A DNA stretch of 32,000 bases from Candidatus Nanopusillus acidilobi (GTDB taxonomy: Archaea; Nanobdellota; Nanobdellia; Nanobdellales; Nanobdellaceae), in NCBI GenBank assembly GCA_001552015.1, contig CP010514.1, forward strand, positions 570,001-602,000. The letters run 5' to 3'. Made by a program: the position numbers and the translations under genes. The number at the start of each line of letters is the position of its first letter. The first letter of the stretch is position 1. The notes under the pieces are model-generated. The model ran no database searches. It saw only the letters and a list, made by a program, of their open reading frames with translations, and was not told where the DNA came from. Shown here in pieces: positions 1 through 8,036 of the stretch.

Positions 1-2405
1 GTCAAGCCAGCTTTTGGCCTTGTCCTCTACGGCGGATTCCTGACCCGCCTGAGCTGACCTTATGGACCCTGCCGATACCTTTTCGGCAGGGTGCCGCCCC
101 AGCCAAACCGCCCACCTGCTGCTGTCCCCCTTCGGGTTAGCCCTGAAGAACCTAGAGGCGGGTGTTTCATCGTCGCATCCTTCCTACCTAGCGGCAGGAA
201 TTCATTGCTCCCCGCTACCCTACACACCAGGTTCTTCAGAGCAACAACAGGCTACGGTTAAGCTTCACGGGGTCCTTCTTACCCATCGGAAGTCCCTGGC
301 CTTCTCACCAGGATAGCTTTTCAGGGGGCGCCGGCCCGGGACAGTGACGGGCTAGTTACGTCGTTCGCAGAGCCAGCATTTAACTGGCAAGGCATTACGC
401 TACCTTAAGAGGGTCAGAGTTACCCCCGCCGTTTACCGGTCCTTACCCCCCTTGAACGGGGGATTCAGATACCGGTGCTGAGCAGACGTCACCCCCAGTA
501 CAAACCCTTTCGGGCTTGCTGGGAGCTATGTTTTTGGTAAACAGTCCGCCCGCCCTTGTCACTGCGACCTGCGGTCCACACCGCAGGCATCCCTTCTCCC
601 GAAGTTACGGGACCAATTTGCCAAGTTCCCTAGACCGGCTTGACCCCCACGGCCTTAGGCTGCTCACCCAGGGGACCTATTCTGGACTTCGGTACGATCG
701 CCCCGAATCGCATCCTTTCCCTTTTCATTGCCGGAAGGCCTCAGCATAACCCTTTCGGGCCCATCAGGGTTTAGACCGGTTCTCGCCATGACGGCACTCC
801 CCGGTCTTATCCCCCTTAGCACAGTAAGTGGGTTTTACCCCACCCCCGTGTATGCCTAGCCTTCCAGGTCGGGAAAGGATGTTGCGTTACCGCATCTATC
901 GGGGCGGTAGGGGAATATTAACCCCTTTCCCTTTCTCCAGACTCCTCTCGGAGCCTGGATTAGGATCGACTAACCCCAGGCTGATCTTCATTGCCTGGGA
1001 AACCTTTCCCCCTTCGGCCGACGGGATTCTCACCCGTCTGATTCTTACTACCGCGGGGATCTGCATTCCCAACGGCTCCAGGCTTCCTTTCGGGAACCCT
1101 TCTAGGCCATCGGGACGCCCGCCTACCTCACGCTGGCAATGCCAGCGGACCGAGGTCTCGGCGGCTGGCTTAGACCCGTCCGTTTTCGGAGCCTATCCCC
1201 TCGTCGGGTGAGTTGTTACACACTCCTTAGATGATAGCCACTATTAGGCCCACATCCCCGATGTCTTAGGGGACAGACTCCTTCAACGTCGTTCAGCCAG
1301 CACTTTGGGGCCTTAACCTCGGTCTCGGTTGTTCCCGTCTCGGAATTGCGGCTTTCCCGCAATTCCCGTTTCCCGGGCTACGGACCCTATGGCTTCGGAG
1401 TTGGACTCCATACGGAAACCCGTACAGAATCCGTCTCTCTACACCATAGGGATCCTAACCCGAGACCTGGCTAGGGTCAGTTTCGGCGGGGACCGGCTAT
1501 GACCGGGCCCGAGTGGCTTTTCACCTCTACCCCGAGGTCATGAGAGAGGTAAGCCCCACCTCTTCGGGCCTCCACGGGAAACCCCGCTTCGCCCTGCCCC
1601 GGGATAGATCGCCCGGTTTCCGGTCATACCCGAGTGACTAAACCGCCCTTATGGGACGGTGCCCCTCACCTGGAAACCAGGTTACGGGCTTTCGGTTTCC
1701 CTATGGCTTCGGTATAAACCTTAACCTCGCCACTCGGGTATACTCCCCCGCAAGTTCTTCAAAACTCACGGTAGAACTAGCTAGCACCTTATCTGGTACT
1801 CACCCGTCACCAGATTTTCCCAGATAAGGTGCTTAACTAGCCCTACCAGACAATCCCCGCCCGGTTTCAGGCTCTTTTCACCCCCTACCAAGGGTTCTTT
1901 TCACCTTTCGGTCGCCCTACTAATACGCTATCGGACTCGGAAAGTATTTAGCCTTGGTGACTAGTTTCCCCCAAATTCCCGACGGAAATTCAACCGCCGG
2001 TACTCCGGAAGCGAGAAATCCCGTTATTATATTCCCATACGGGACTGTCACCCTCTACGGCCCCGGACTTTCACCGGAGTTCTGAGAATATAATAACGGG
2101 AAGCTCCCGCTCCTTTACCCCACATCTCCTCTAAATTACTTTAGAGGATTCGGTTTGGGCTTCTTCCCTTTCGGTCGCCCCTACTCGGGAAATCACGATT
2201 TGTTTTTTATTCCTGCGGGTACTAAGATGCTTCCCTTCCCCGCGTTCCCCTCCCTTACGGGATGCCTTTCGGCAGGATATCCCATTCGGGAATCTGGAGA
2301 TCAGCGGTTGCATGCACCTCCCTCCAGCTTTTCGCAGCTTGCCACGCCCTTCTTCGGCTTCCGAGCCGAGGCATCCACCGAGCGGGTTCCTGAGACTATA
2401 TATTC
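1..2405 (-). rRNA. rrl: 23S (LSU) rRNA, 5' ~2.4 kb; the gene runs past the window start, so its 3' part is missing. The 5' boundary is approximate
   Basis: Revcomp of ~2330-2380 reads GGTGGATGCCTCGGCTCGGAAGCCGAAGAAGGGCGTGGCAAGCTGCGAAAAGC, the canonical LSU 5' domain. Revcomp of 391-439 reads CCGGTAAACGGCGGGGGTAACTCTGACCCTCTTAAGGTAGCGTAATGCC, a conserved domain IV motif. It is a continuous GC-rich island in AT-rich DNA. Confidence 0.95.
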
Positions 2406-2492
2406 CCTCTCATCCCCCTCATCTTTATCATCAGGCTCACTTCTCTACCTTAAGTAGAGAAGATCATATACATAATATTAAATAATATAATA

Positions 2493-2500
2493 TTTAAAAA
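2493..2500 (+). promoter_or_regulatory. TATA-box-like element (TTTAAAAA) 24-31 nt upstream of the proS ATG; suggests a leaderless or near-leaderless mRNA
   Basis: Position and sequence fit the archaeal TATA consensus. No Shine-Dalgarno-like purine run lies before the ATG at 2524. The region is AT-rich, so chance matches are common. Confidence 0.3.
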
Positions 2501-2523
2501 TGTATCATTAGATTTTTTCTACT

Positions 2524-4209
2524 ATGAAAGAAAGCAATTTAGATAAGAATTCTAATTTTTCTGATTGGTATAACAATATAATAAGAATTTCTAAGATTAT
2601 TGATGATAGATATCCTGTAAAAGGAATGCCTGTTTATTATTCAAATGGATATTTCGCAATTAGAAAGATATTGAGTATCTTAGAAAATGAATTAGAAAAA
2701 AATGAATTTGAGCCTTATTGGTTTCCAATATTAATTCCATATGAAATATTTAAAAGGGAAAGCGAACATATAAAAGGTTTTGAATCTGAAGTATTTTATG
2801 TTACTCCATCAAAACCTGTAGAAGAAGAAAAAGAAATAAAATATATATTAAGACCAACATCAGAAACTGAAATGTATTATATGTTTTCTTTATGGATAAA
2901 ATCTTATAGAGACTTACCTTTGTTAACTTATATGACAAATACAGTATATAGATATGAAACAAAAGCAACAAAGCCATTAATTAGAGGAAGAGAAATTTTA
3001 TGGAATGAAGCACATACTGCACATAAAGATTTAGATGATGCAGAAAAAATGATAAAAAAATCTATGGAAATATATTCAAAAATATTTTGGGATCATTTAT
3101 CAATACCACATATATGGGTAAAGAGACCAGATTGGGATAAATTTGCTGGAGCAGATTATACTTTAGCTGCAGATACTATATTACCTGACGGAAGATTTTT
3201 ACAAATTGGAACTACACATTTATTAGGAAGAAACTTCTCTAAAGCATTTAATATAATTTTTGAAGACGAACATCCATTTATAAAAATAGATAAAAATAAA
3301 TTTGAAGCATTTAATGAAGATAATTATAGATATGAAATAGAAATTATTGAAAATAAAATAAAAATAAGATTATATAATAATAAAGGAGAATTAATTAAAT
3401 CATATGAAGAAAATATTGAGTTTAATGGAGAGATATCTGAAGATAATAAAGATTTAATAAATAAAATAAATAATATAATTAAAGATAAATTTAATGAAAA
3501 TAAATTGGTTAATAAGAAATTTGCTTGGCAAACATCTTTTGGAATATCAATGAGAACATTAAGTGCAATAATTTCTATACATGGGGATAATAAAGGTTTA
3601 ATATTACCCTTTGAAATATCCAATATTCAAATAATAATTATACCAATATATTATTCGGAAGATGAAAAAAATAAAATATTAGAATATTGCGAAAATATAT
3701 ATAACTTATTAAAGGAAAAATATAGAGTAAAAATTGATAAAGATGAAACAAAAAGTCCTGGATGGAAATTTAATCAATATGAACTAATGGGAGTACCATT
3801 TAGAATATCTATTGGAAAAAAGGAATTAGAAAAAAATACGCTTACAATATCTATAAGACAATATAATAATAAAGCAAAAAACTATGAAGTAAAATTAGAA
3901 AATTTATTAAATGAATTAGATAGATTAATTATTGAATATGACAAAGAATTGAAAGAAAGAGCAAGAAAATATTTTGAGAATAAAATATTAAAATTAGATA
4001 ATTTAAAAGATCTAGAAAATAATTTAGATAAAAATGTAGCATTTAAAGTTCCTTTCTGTATGAGAGAAGAATGCGCAAAAAATATTAAAGAAAAATATTC
4101 ATTAGAAGTAAGAGGAACTGATATTATACCAGAAGATTCGAAAAATAAAAAATGTATATTTTGTAATAATGATGCAAAATATTATGTATATATAGGAAAA
4201 AGCTATTAG
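2524..4209 (+). CDS. proS: Prolyl-tRNA synthetase, archaeal/eukaryal type, with an ~80-aa low-complexity insertion in the catalytic core
   Basis: 561-aa ORF. Class II core motifs RPTSETEMYYMF, IGTTHLLGRNFSKAF and SIHGDNKGLILP. Cys-rich C-terminal domain (FCMREEC...CIFCNN) ending in ...YIGKSY, the C-terminal Tyr typical of this ProRS type. Confidence 0.9.
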   Translation: MKESNLDKNSNFSDWYNNIIRISKIIDDRYPVKGMPVYYSNGYFAIRKILSILENELEKNEFEPYWFPILIPYEIFKRESEHIKGFESEVFYVTPSKPVEEEKEIKYILRPTSETEMYYMFSLWIKSYRDLPLLTYMTNTVYRYETKATKPLIRGREILWNEAHTAHKDLDDAEKMIKKSMEIYSKIFWDHLSIPHIWVKRPDWDKFAGADYTLAADTILPDGRFLQIGTTHLLGRNFSKAFNIIFEDEHPFIKIDKNKFEAFNEDNYRYEIEIIENKIKIRLYNNKGELIKSYEENIEFNGEISEDNKDLINKINNIIKDKFNENKLVNKKFAWQTSFGISMRTLSAIISIHGDNKGLILPFEISNIQIIIIPIYYSEDEKNKILEYCENIYNLLKEKYRVKIDKDETKSPGWKFNQYELMGVPFRISIGKKELEKNTLTISIRQYNNKAKNYEVKLENLLNELDRLIIEYDKELKERARKYFENKILKLDNLKDLENNLDKNVAFKVPFCMREECAKNIKEKYSLEVRGTDIIPEDSKNKKCIFCNNDAKYYVYIGKSY

Positions 4210-4210
4210 T

Positions 4211-4441
4211 GTGGCCGTAGGCTGCTTTTAGTATATATTCTTCTAAGCGGACAAGCCTTGTACCGCCAGGACATACTTCTCAAGGTGCATATACCCTCTC
4301 CAAGTTTACCCGGAGTTGCCTCCAGGTATTAACCATTCATCTTCATCGGATATATGTCCGTGATTTCTAGTTATGTAGCCAGGGGTTTCCCCCTCCAATT
4401 CCTCGGTGGCTTTATCGGTAAGCAGACCTTCCTACGGCCAC
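4211..4441 (-). ncRNA. Structured GC-rich RNA, best guess a reduced (S-domain-poor) RNase P RNA; identity unresolved
   Basis: GC island with no ORF. An 11-bp terminal helix (GTGGCCGTAGG/CCTACGGCCAC) is followed by a 6-bp second helix. The minus-strand reading gives GAAA- and GCAA-capped hairpins, one with a U.G pair that would be C.A on the plus strand. It also gives segments resembling RNase P CR-I/CR-V (CUAGAAAUCACGGAC ... GUCCGCUUAG, with CGGAC/GUCCG able to pair) and AGAUGAAUGG. Confidence 0.55.
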
Positions 4442-4468
4442 TTTTCTTTTTTATATATTTCTTATAAC

Positions 4469-4476
4469 TATATAAA
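4469..4476 (-). promoter_or_regulatory. TATA box (TTTATATA on the minus strand) 28-35 nt upstream of the 5' end of the 4211-4441 RNA
   Basis: Exact archaeal TATA consensus on the strand favoured for the ncRNA. A T5 run (4197-4201, minus strand) lies 10-14 nt past its 3' end. Confidence 0.35.
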
Positions 4477-4478
4477 TT

Positions 4479-4637
4479 ATGCCTGACCAAATGCCTCTAT
4501 TTACATACCTTGGATTATATAAGTTTGGAAAGGAAAAATCAAAAATAAAATTAAATAGAAATAAAATAATAATATTTATAATTATTTTCGCGGCTCTAGT
4601 ATATATTGCAAATATTTATATATCATGTCTAATTTAG
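4479..4637 (+). CDS. Possible 52-aa single-pass membrane protein (hypothetical)
   Basis: ATG-to-TAG ORF below the ORF-track cutoff: MPDQMPLFTYLGLYKFGKEKSKIKLNRNKIIIFIIIFAALVYIANIYISCLI. It has a basic stretch followed by one hydrophobic helix, and overlaps the next ORF start by 13 nt. No homology recognised. Confidence 0.25.
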   Translation: MPDQMPLFTYLGLYKFGKEKSKIKLNRNKIIIFIIIFAALVYIANIYISCLI

Positions 4638-5077
4638 AAGAAGATTTAGAATATAATAGAAGATATAAGGAAGTCTTACATATATTTAATGTTTCATTAA
4701 AAAATAATAAAGGATTAGAGACTGTTAGAAGTTTTATAAAAGCAGTTATTGAATATTATGATTATGCAATTGAATTATATTTTAAGAAATTATATGAAAA
4801 TAAAATGATTGATGAAATTCCAGACAGTCCAATTAAAAGATATAGAAAAATAATTGAAATTACAAAGGATAAAGAACTTGAAGAATCATTAAAATATTAT
4901 AAACTATTAAAAATTGCTTTAAATTCTGATGCAAGGATAATGAATGAATATAGAAAAAGTATGGTTATAAAATTTAGGACATTGAGCGGGGAAGAATTTG
5001 AAATAAATATAAAAACATTAAAAGATATTGCAGAATCTGTTAAAAAATTTTCTACAATTATTAGTAAATATATATAA
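4625..5077 (+). CDS. Hypothetical protein, predicted all-helical, translationally coupled to the downstream MinD/ParA ATPase
   Basis: 150-aa ORF. Its stop overlaps the next start (TAATG). No recognisable motifs. Confidence 0.6.
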   Translation: MSNLEEDLEYNRRYKEVLHIFNVSLKNNKGLETVRSFIKAVIEYYDYAIELYFKKLYENKMIDEIPDSPIKRYRKIIEITKDKELEESLKYYKLLKIALNSDARIMNEYRKSMVIKFRTLSGEEFEINIKTLKDIAESVKKFSTIISKYI

Positions 5078-5832
5078 TGGCAAAGGTATATACAATATCT
5101 TCTGGAAAAGGAGGTGTGGGAAAAACTTTCTTTTCTATAAACTTATCAAGAGCTCTCTCATTATTAAATTTTAAAACATTGTTAATTGATTTTAACTTAA
5201 GTACACCAAATGTATCAATAAATCTTGGATTAGGTAATGAAAATAACAATATACATAAATTTTTAAGAGGAGAAATTGATATAAAAGACTGTATAAAGGA
5301 ATATAAAGAAAATTTTTATATAATTCCTGGAAGTTTAGATATAAAAGATCTAATATATATTTCTACAGAAAAATTACATAATGGAATAATGGAAATATAT
5401 GATGATTTTGATTATATTATTATAGATTCTGCTGCTGGAATTGGTAAAGAAGCAGTAGAAGCATTAAAGGCTTCTGAAGAGGCAATAGTAATAACAAATG
5501 TTGAAAAATCATCATTAATAGATGCATATAGAGTTACAAAAGTATTAGATAGCTTGGATATAAAAACTTTTGGAATTGTTTTAAATAAAGTTAGAAGAAG
5601 AATAAATTATGTAAGAATTGAAAGATTTTTTAAAAAGCAAATAATCGGTATAATTCATTATGATGAAAATGTACAAATTTCAATGGACAATGGTATACCT
5701 TTAATAGATTATGATATAAATTCTATAGCTTCTAAAGATATAATAGAAATTGTAGAAAAAATGACTGGAAAAGAATTAAAAGTTAAAAATAGATTTATAG
5801 ACAATATATTAAAAATATTCGGATGGAAATAG
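5077..5832 (+). CDS. minD: MinD/ParA-family P-loop ATPase
   Basis: Deviant Walker A SGKGGVGKT near the N-terminus, Walker B-like IIIDSAAG, and a ~250-aa length typical of archaeal MinD-like proteins. Confidence 0.85.
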   Translation: MAKVYTISSGKGGVGKTFFSINLSRALSLLNFKTLLIDFNLSTPNVSINLGLGNENNNIHKFLRGEIDIKDCIKEYKENFYIIPGSLDIKDLIYISTEKLHNGIMEIYDDFDYIIIDSAAGIGKEAVEALKASEEAIVITNVEKSSLIDAYRVTKVLDSLDIKTFGIVLNKVRRRINYVRIERFFKKQIIGIIHYDENVQISMDNGIPLIDYDINSIASKDIIEIVEKMTGKELKVKNRFIDNILKIFGWK

Positions 5833-6095
5833 ATTTTGAATTAGATAAAATATTTGAAACATTGGATAGAAAAAAATATAAAAAAATATTATTGCAATTT
5901 CCTGATGGATTAAAACCATATTCTAAAGAAATATACGATAAAATAAAGGAAAAATATAAAGATATAGAAATATATATTTGGTTTGGATCTGATTTCGGTG
6001 GATGTGATATACCAATATATTTAGATAAATATGGATTTGATTTAATAATTCATTTTGGCCATTCAAAATTTTATAAATTAAAATTGGATGAATAA
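5823..6095 (+). CDS. dph2: Diphthamide synthase Dph2 (2-(3-amino-3-carboxypropyl)histidine synthase), N-terminal fragment only (90 aa versus ~340 aa normally); split gene or remnant
   Basis: KKILLQFPDGLKPY...FGGCDIP...DLIIHFGHS aligns with the first ~85 residues of archaeal Dph2 (..vliQsPEGL...YGACD...alIHlGHS). The ORF then stops, and no other frame continues it. Confidence 0.7.
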   Translation: MEIDFELDKIFETLDRKKYKKILLQFPDGLKPYSKEIYDKIKEKYKDIEIYIWFGSDFGGCDIPIYLDKYGFDLIIHFGHSKFYKLKLDE

Positions 6096-6324
6096 TAACT
6101 TACTTTTAATTTTATCAATTATTTTTCTATTTATTTCAATAATTTTATTACTTATTTTCTCATTATCCAATTCTTCTAATACAAAATTTGCTGGATTAAT
6201 ATTAATAGGTCCAATACCAATATTAATATCAAATTCTTATCAACTATCAATTATATTATTAATTATTTTATTGATTATTATTTTGATTATTCTTATTATC
6301 TTCTTCTACAAGATAATCATATAA
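6088..6324 (+). CDS. Small two-TM membrane protein, DUF131/TIGR00304-like
   Basis: 78 aa with two hydrophobic segments flanking GLILIGPIPIL. This resembles the GGvifIGPIPIvfG core I recall for that archaeal family. It overlaps the dph2 fragment by 8 nt and the convergent HAD gene by 57 nt. Confidence 0.5.
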   Translation: MNNNLLLILSIIFLFISIILLLIFSLSNSSNTKFAGLILIGPIPILISNSYQLSIILLIILLIIILIILIIFFYKIII

Positions 6325-6957
6325 TTCCTTTAAATTTCTAAATACCATTGTAGCACCAGCAGAAATCAATTCTCTCTTTTTATTTACACCACTAGCAACA
6401 CCTATTACATTTATTCCAGCTCTCTTTGCAGCAATAATACCATATATAGAATCTTCTATTGCTAATATTTCATTTGGTAATAGAGAAAATCCTTTTACTA
6501 TTTTAATATAACCCTCTGGGTCTGGTTTTGGTTGTTTTACATCATCAGAAGTTATTATAACATCAAATAAATTATCTACATGTAAATGCTTTAATACCTC
6601 CATTGTTAATCTTCTAGTATTTGAAGTAAAAATTGCTATTTTATATTTTTTATCCTTAAAATAATTTAATATTTGTTTTGCCCCGGGATTAAATTTTATT
6701 TTTTCTATATATTCATTTAACAACATATTTTCAAATTCTTTCCTTATATCTTCAATTGATATATTTAAATTATATTTCCTTATTATATTATATATTATAT
6801 CTTCTATAGGCATTCCAGAATTATCTAAAGAACCTTCTATCTTTACATTATATCTTTCTAATATCTTTTTATGGACCTCATCATAAACTTTTAAGCTATT
6901 TATAAGTGTCCCATCCAGATCAAGTATTACTCCCTTTAAATTGTAAAATATGACCAT
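6268..6957 (-). CDS. HAD-superfamily phosphatase (beta-phosphoglucomutase-like subfamily)
   Basis: Motif I ILDLDGTLINS, motif II IFTSN, and motifs III/IV KPDPEGY...EDSIYGIIAAKRAGI. The C-terminal tail is low-complexity and N/Q-rich. Confidence 0.85.
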   Translation of the reverse strand: MVIFYNLKGVILDLDGTLINSLKVYDEVHKKILERYNVKIEGSLDNSGMPIEDIIYNIIRKYNLNISIEDIRKEFENMLLNEYIEKIKFNPGAKQILNYFKDKKYKIAIFTSNTRRLTMEVLKHLHVDNLFDVIITSDDVKQPKPDPEGYIKIVKGFSLLPNEILAIEDSIYGIIAAKRAGINVIGVASGVNKKRELISAGATMVFRNLKELYDYLVEEDNKNNQNNNQ

Positions 6958-6995
6958 AATTATAATATTTTAAAGAAAGATATAAAATAATTAAT

Positions 6996-8036
6996 ATGAT
7001 CAAAATAAGAGAACAGATAAAGGATATAATAATTAATAATTATATTAAAGAAGGTAAAGATCCATTTGATTCTATAATTGGACAAGAAAATGCAAAGAGA
7101 CAAATATTATCTTCATTAATTTCTGGAAGAAATATATTAATAATAGGGCCTCCAGGTACTGGAAAAACAACTTTAGCAAAAAATATAGCAAAATTACTAC
7201 CAGAAATTGATTTTCCAGATGGAATTCCATTATGGGCTTATGAAGAATTTCCTTTTGTATCTGAAGAATATAGAAAAAAATGGAAAGAAGGTCCTTTTAT
7301 AAAAATAAAGGGAGAAGATAGATTTATTAGAATACAGGGTTCTTATGATCTATCTGTAGAAGATCTGATTGGAGATATTGATCCTTCAAAAGCATTAAAA
7401 TATGGTATACATTCTTTAGAATCTTTTATACCTGGAAAAATATTTAGAGCACACCATGGTGTATTATTTTTTGATGAAATAAATAGAGCACCTCCAAAGG
7501 TTCAAAATAGTTTATTAGAATTATTAGAAGAAAAGAAAATAACAATTGGGACATATGAATTTCAAATACCATTAGATATAATATTTATTGCTACAATGAA
7601 TCCTGAAAGTTATTACGGAACTGAAAAAATATCAGATGTATTATTAGATAGATTTGATATAATAAATTTAGATTATCCAAAAGATATTGAAGAAGAAAAG
7701 AAGATTATATTAAAATATGGAAAAAATTTGAATGTTAATTTTCCTGAAAAATTATTGGAATTAACAATTGAATTTATACAAAAATTGAGAAAAGATGATA
7801 AATTAGAAAAGAAACCATCGGTTAGGTCTTCAATTGGTATTTATGAAAAAGCTCAGGCTTTGGCAATAATAGATAAAAAAGAAAATGTTGAAATTCAACA
7901 TATATTTGAGGCTTTACTATCAATATTACCACATAGGATAAGATTAAAACCATCATATAAAATGGAAATAAATGAAGAAGAATATATAAAAAAGGAGTGG
8001 AATTCTTTTATAATAGGGAAAGACTTTCGGAGTTGA
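6996..8036 (+). CDS. AAA+ ATPase, Mg-chelatase subunit I (ChlI/BchI)/MoxR-like
   Basis: Walker A GPPGTGKTT, Walker B VLFFDEINRA, and DLIGDIDPSKALKYG...FIPGKIF...ATMNPE...LLDRF, which resembles ChlI-type ATPases. Confidence 0.8.
   Translation: MIKIREQIKDIIINNYIKEGKDPFDSIIGQENAKRQILSSLISGRNILIIGPPGTGKTTLAKNIAKLLPEIDFPDGIPLWAYEEFPFVSEEYRKKWKEGPFIKIKGEDRFIRIQGSYDLSVEDLIGDIDPSKALKYGIHSLESFIPGKIFRAHHGVLFFDEINRAPPKVQNSLLELLEEKKITIGTYEFQIPLDIIFIATMNPESYYGTEKISDVLLDRFDIINLDYPKDIEEEKKIILKYGKNLNVNFPEKLLELTIEFIQKLRKDDKLEKKPSVRSSIGIYEKAQALAIIDKKENVEIQHIFEALLSILPHRIRLKPSYKMEINEEEYIKKEWNSFIIGKDFRS

Noticed and set aside
1784-1832. Perfect 13-bp inverted repeat (GCACCTTATCTGG ... CCAGATAAGGTGC) inside the 23S, considered as an intron or mobile-element boundary
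   Set aside because: It folds as an ordinary extended rRNA helix in domain I-II. No bulge-helix-bulge motif or homing-endonuclease ORF is present, and the flanking conserved rRNA sequence is continuous.
62-2457. Five ORFs in the track (62-316, 516-749, 828-1211, 2131-2313, 2155-2457) with Pro/Gly/Arg-rich translations
   Set aside because: They lie entirely within the GC-rich 23S rRNA gene. They are frame artefacts of rRNA sequence, not coding regions.
3324-3623. Antisense ORF inside proS. The same applies to 5061-5249, 8523-8801, 12901-13107, 14281-14493, 16919-17182, 17744-18007, 24871-25068, 27266-27463 and 28380-28598.
   Set aside because: These are low-complexity I/L/F/S/N-rich translations lying opposite well-supported genes. 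AT-rich DNA generates them by chance, and they show no motifs.
4211-4441. Alternative identities for the GC-rich RNA: SRP (7S) RNA, 5S rRNA, or a C/D box sRNA
   Set aside because: On neither strand is there a helix-8-type motif (..CAGG..GGAA..AGCA..) next to a tetraloop. There are no 5S motifs (..GAAGUUAAGC..) and no C/D boxes (RUGAUGA ... CUGA). SRP RNA is not strictly excluded without a covariance-model search, so it remains a stated alternative.
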